Assembly (NCBI GenBank): GCA_002633005.1 | Contig: NMRA01000236.1 | Span: forward strand, 155,263-219,262 | Source: Phoronis australis | Taxonomy: Eukaryota > Animalia > Phoronida | Reading direction: 5' to 3' | DNA length: 64,000 bases | Part shown: positions 61,001-64,000 of the stretch, one piece after another | How the letters are laid out: each line of letters starts with the position of its first letter | Position numbering within the stretch: position 1 is the first letter of the stretch | Made by a program: the position numbers and the translations under genes | The notes under the pieces: generated by a model | The model's database searches: none | Told to the model about the DNA's origin: nothing | The model's input: the letters and a program-made list of their open reading frames with translations, nothing else

Positions 61001-62814
61001 CTCAAAAGACAGACAATGTTAAAAAGTTGTTTAATGACAGTAGTAGTCAGTCTTAGTTTCCGTAGTTAGAGTAGTTGTATTGTAAATGATACGAGAAACA
61101 AACTGTTTGAACGCATAGAATGTATGGGCAGCATCTATAACAACTACACCTTAGTTGAGAACTTTTATTTTATTTAAAGAGAGTATGGTAATGAACAGTA
61201 TATAAAGATTGATTTGTCACGGCCCGAGCGTTACCTAGTGGCCCAACTTAGGACAGGAACTCTTGCCCCACATACAGAAACCGGTGGCTAGGTACATGTA
61301 CTCTTGTAGACGAAAGCTAAAGGCCCGTTTACATAGACAAAAATTATCCACATCATTAAATCTACTTATGAGTAAGATTTGCGCACCTGTATAAAAGTAT
61401 ATTTATTGACAGTTCACAAGACTTCATAAGAATTGGTACGTGTGCGTTCTATTTTCATTTTCAAAAGAGTTGCCATTATGAGTAAACTGCTTTTAACGAG
61501 TTTGTCACAGTACTTGTCGATTGGGGTGATGTTTGGATTGTTACCAAAGTGGACTTTGTGGAAAAGGGAACATTCACAAGACTGGTGGTAGCATGTTGTA
61601 AAATAAGCATTTGAAAATGACCAATGGGTTGAATATTTCAAATTGACGAGACATGTTATCTGTTACGAGAAGAGCTCAGGTATTAAGTTGCTCGGTTCAT
61701 ATACCATGTATCGTCATCGCTCTACGACTGTCTTCATTTTGAAGTGTGAGGGTTACGTACGTACCCGACAGACAATGGTTAGTCATCTAGCTGCCATCTC
61801 CAACAATATACAGTACATTTAATAGGGCTTTGGAGTTGAATTTTACATAACTTTAAAAGTCTTCTGTACGATTGGTATTGCAAAATTGCCATTTGTACCA
61901 CGAAGACACTTTATTTTGCGTTCACAAGTGCAGTGTTTACTCACGTAAATCCACTTTTGCACCACCTACAAAGGTATTGCAAATTTGCTCAAGTAACTTT
62001 TTGCACGGCGTGTATTTGCGTTCACAAAACAAATAAAATACACACTGCATAGACACTTCGGATTGTATCCCTGTGAGTTGAGGCAAGCGATTTTCCAAAG
62101 AGTTGTCAATCATAAATTGACTCATTCAAACGACGCTAACGTTTGTTTGATAAGCTAATAAAACTCTGTGTTGGTCCTTTGCGTCCAGCGTAGGCGATCT
62201 ACATCTATCAAGCAAACCAAAGGTTACCAATACGCGCCCTCGGAATAACGAGGGAAACGAAATGGCTCAGAAAAGATACTCGGACTAGTTATTAATTATT
62301 GTCAAAAGAATTTCTCAATAATTTTACTGGGCTCTGTAGTAAAATGTTAGCTTCCGAAAGGCAGAATTGCATGACCAGCCTTCAACGTGGAGGCCTCTAG
62401 AAAATTTGCGTGTCTGACAAATTAGTCATGAAGCATAACAAAACAACATTTGCCTTGAGAGGACCCAATTCGCCTCTATGTACTGTACCGTAACAAAAAG
62501 TATTGACAGAGAGGACAAGCGCCTATTTAAATCTCGTATGGTAATTTCGCGAGGCAAAAAGAGCTCTGTAAAGGCAATCGTCTCGTTTTTTCTCACGGGG
62601 GGTAATATTTTACAAAAAAGATTATTAATTGAAATGTCTTGATTGCCACTGAGCAGGAGTTGGAAGATACGCAAGCGACCGTCTTACCGGTACCTAGATG
62701 GATTCCTCGACTACCAAGTTCACTCAAAATGTCCTTCGGAATTAGTAGATCTTCTATGACTCCTTGGTACTTTTTAATTAATCGAACATGTCTTGATCCA
62801 GCTCTTCCTGTCAT
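54983..62814 (-). CDS. DDX58-like: RIG-I-like tandem-CARD (2CARD) protein N-terminus; 5 exons, 254 aa, 3' end unresolved
   Basis: Exons 62814-62688, 59865-59737, 58048-57877, 56391-56171 and 55095-54983 splice GT-AG with matching phases (1,1,2,1) into MTGRAGSRHVRLIKKYQGVIEDLLIPKDILSELGSRGIHLGTDVEEKINKGQISNPEACRELLKELTSMSHHRWFQAFIESLEAKNYIILYNLLKG...ELIRVTASSIEKEVDIGDGILSLCMSEKLINDNNREELEREKDRNGNMSAVRLLLTFIYRQTDLWFEKFMVVLVKCDHRHLAEEI... Two repeats of the RLR/MAVS CARD pattern (A..LL..L....WF..F...L) are followed by an acidic linker. Confidence 0.78.
56171..56391 (-). CDS. 2CARD gene exon 4 (CARD2 C-half: EELEREKDRNGNMSAVRLLLTFIYRQTDLWFEKFMVVL...HLAEEI)
   Basis: Long polypyrimidine acceptor ctttctcatcttttag|, donor G|GTATTT; GN..A..LL...WF..F motif of RLR/MAVS CARDs. 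Confidence 0.82.
57877..58048 (-). CDS. 2CARD gene exon 3 (end of CARD1, start of CARD2)
   Basis: Acceptor tttccgtttag|, donor AG|GTAGTT; phases match both neighbours. Confidence 0.78.
58342..58414 (-). pseudogene. tRNA-like sequence (pseudo-tRNA or SINE head; nominal anticodon GGT) in 2CARD intron 2
   Basis: GTTCCGA TAGCTCAGTGGACTAGAGC ... CCGGGTTCGAGTCCCGG TTGGGGC folds as a cloverleaf, but the anticodon loop ACGGTTA lacks U33 and the stem has a mismatch. Confidence 0.65.
59019..59092. mobile_element. 74-bp mini-MITE with perfect 13-bp TIR CATGGGCGGCGCA and 5-bp TSD ATTGT
   Basis: ATTGT at 59014-59018 and 59093-59097; lies in intron 2 of the 2CARD gene. Confidence 0.85.
59737..59865 (-). 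CDS. 2CARD gene exon 2 (VEEKINKGQISNPEACRELLKELTSMSHHRWFQAFIESLEAK)
   Basis: Polypyrimidine acceptor tttcttgcttttag|, donor A|GTACGT; WFQAF..L CARD motif. Not in the ORF track. Confidence 0.8.
59900..59996. repeat. (AAC/GAC)n-(AAT)n microsatellite
   Basis: Trinucleotide runs just upstream (in transcript sense) of the exon 2 acceptor. Confidence 0.9.
60155..60825. mobile_element. Foldback-type MITE with CCCCGTCCC / GGGACGGG subterminal repeats
   Basis: C-rich ~18-bp repeats at 60180-60280 are mirrored by G-rich repeats at 60680-60810. Confidence 0.55.
62688..62814 (-). CDS. 2CARD gene exon 1 (CARD1 N-half)
   Basis: ATG at 62814; strong donor G|GTAAGA; RLIKKYQGVIEDLLIPKDILSEL resembles the RIG-I CARD1 helix 1-2 pattern. 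Confidence 0.75.
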
Positions 62815-62952
62815 AATTCGTATTTCTTTAACTATCCACGGTGACTTCGCACGCTTGTTGCCGCGTTTCTCACGCTACGGCTAAGGGTCACACTTCCGTG
62901 TTTCGAAGAAAAAAAGGTGAAATACCATGATGATTTGCTATTCGTCATCAAC

Positions 62953-62962
62953 GGAAACGAAA
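62953..62962 (+). promoter_or_regulatory. ISRE/IRF-like element GGAAACGAAA about 140 bp upstream of the 2CARD ATG
   Basis: Tandem GAAA motif; a second copy (GGGAAACGAAA) at 62252-62262 in intron 1; ETS-like CACTTCCG near 62891. Confidence 0.4.
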
Positions 62963-64000
62963 ATAACTTGCAAGGAAAAGTCATTTCCGAGATGAATCGG
63001 CCCTTACAGCATGATATGGCCCATAAAACAGTTGAATAACCCAATTAGATATTCAACGCGTGTTGAATAACATTTTGGCGGGAACCGGAGACCGGATTCG
63101 AACCCGCTTCGCCATTTAGCAGCTAACGTCATCGAACGTGAAAATAGAATACTTTTAAGCATTCTATTTAAAAATGAGGATGCGCAATAATCGCATGTTC
63201 AACAAACGGCATTGCAGTGACATTTATACGCTGTAAAAAATAATGATTTCTTTAATCCGGCAAAAGTTATCTGTCATTTTCTCTCACTTGAAAATCATCG
63301 ATCTCCAGTTTAAATGTGGGTAACATGTCGTCAGCATCCTTTGACTTGGACATTATACTCAGTAACCAGTGGTAACCTACTTTAGCAGACAATATTTTCA
63401 CAGTGAAAGTTTAGCATAATAAGATGTGTAGCAAGCTAGACTATAGCGATGCTAAAAACTTACTTTGTAGATTCATTTTATTTCTATTGTGTTTAAATTT
63501 TCAATTGGTTTTGAGTAAAAGCATTATTTTAACAAAAACAACTCGACGTTTTACCCTCACTTGTCATCACCAATTTTTTACACCGTCGGTATTACTATGT
63601 CAAACTCCCCAGTTCGTGACGCCTCTAACAGAGTGTCACCTGACACGTTGTTCATCGCCAGCTGCCAACCAGAAACCATTTTTACAGAACAGATACTAGT
63701 GGGGTAGCGTGAACAAATGATGATTGGAAAGCAATTTTTTTAGCCCTGTATAGTAAGTCAGTGGCTTGACAAACCATGGCACTGAAAGCTCTTAAGCGTA
63801 TTTACTTTGCACAATCACCGACATTGATTTCAGTAAATGTCTGACTAACAACGACAAGAATTGTCAATTTGTAATAAAGTTAGGAAAGAAATTAGATTTT
63901 GTTATTTCATAGCTCTGGCCAAAGCTAATTATAATCAAGAAGGCTATCCCATGCAACAATAACCCCCAAAATGCATTTTTAATCATAAAACCGACAATGC

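Noticed and set aside
62300-62814. LINE ORF1 SGNH-esterase reading (IHLGT resembles IHVGTND)
   Set aside because: Better explained as CARD exon 1: a strong GTAAG donor follows LGT and its phase matches the next CARD exon.
63288-63353. Candidate upstream coding exon MSKSKDADDMLPTFKLEIDDFQ|GTGAG
   Set aside because: It ends in phase 0 and I found no compatible in-frame acceptor before 62814; the ATG at 62814 already fits an RLR start.

Overview
AT-rich, repeat-dense eukaryotic DNA, apparently from an invertebrate animal, with spliceosomal introns and a few N gaps. Two spliced minus-strand genes can be assembled by hand with GT-AG junctions and matching intron phases. (1) A complete 7-coding-exon, 676-aa cationic amino acid transporter of the SLC7A/CAT subfamily (2190-19495). 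(2) Five consecutive exons (62814 to 54983, 254 aa) encoding a tandem pair of RIG-I-type CARD domains plus an acidic linker. The ORF track shows only disconnected pieces of this gene, and I could not find the expected DExD/H helicase exons anywhere downstream in the window. ISRE-like motifs lie just upstream of its ATG and in intron 1. The rest is mostly transposon debris: three Academ-type DNA transposon copies (one with a Kolobok-like THAP element nested in its TIR), two inverted Penelope-like element structures with hammerhead-like motifs, several LINE RT fragments, tRNA-derived sequences, many MITEs (including tiny elements with 5-bp TSDs), a 23 x 45-bp palindromic minisatellite, and a 27-bp repeat that has multiplied an in-frame splice donor. 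All family assignments come from motif recognition by eye, not from database searches.
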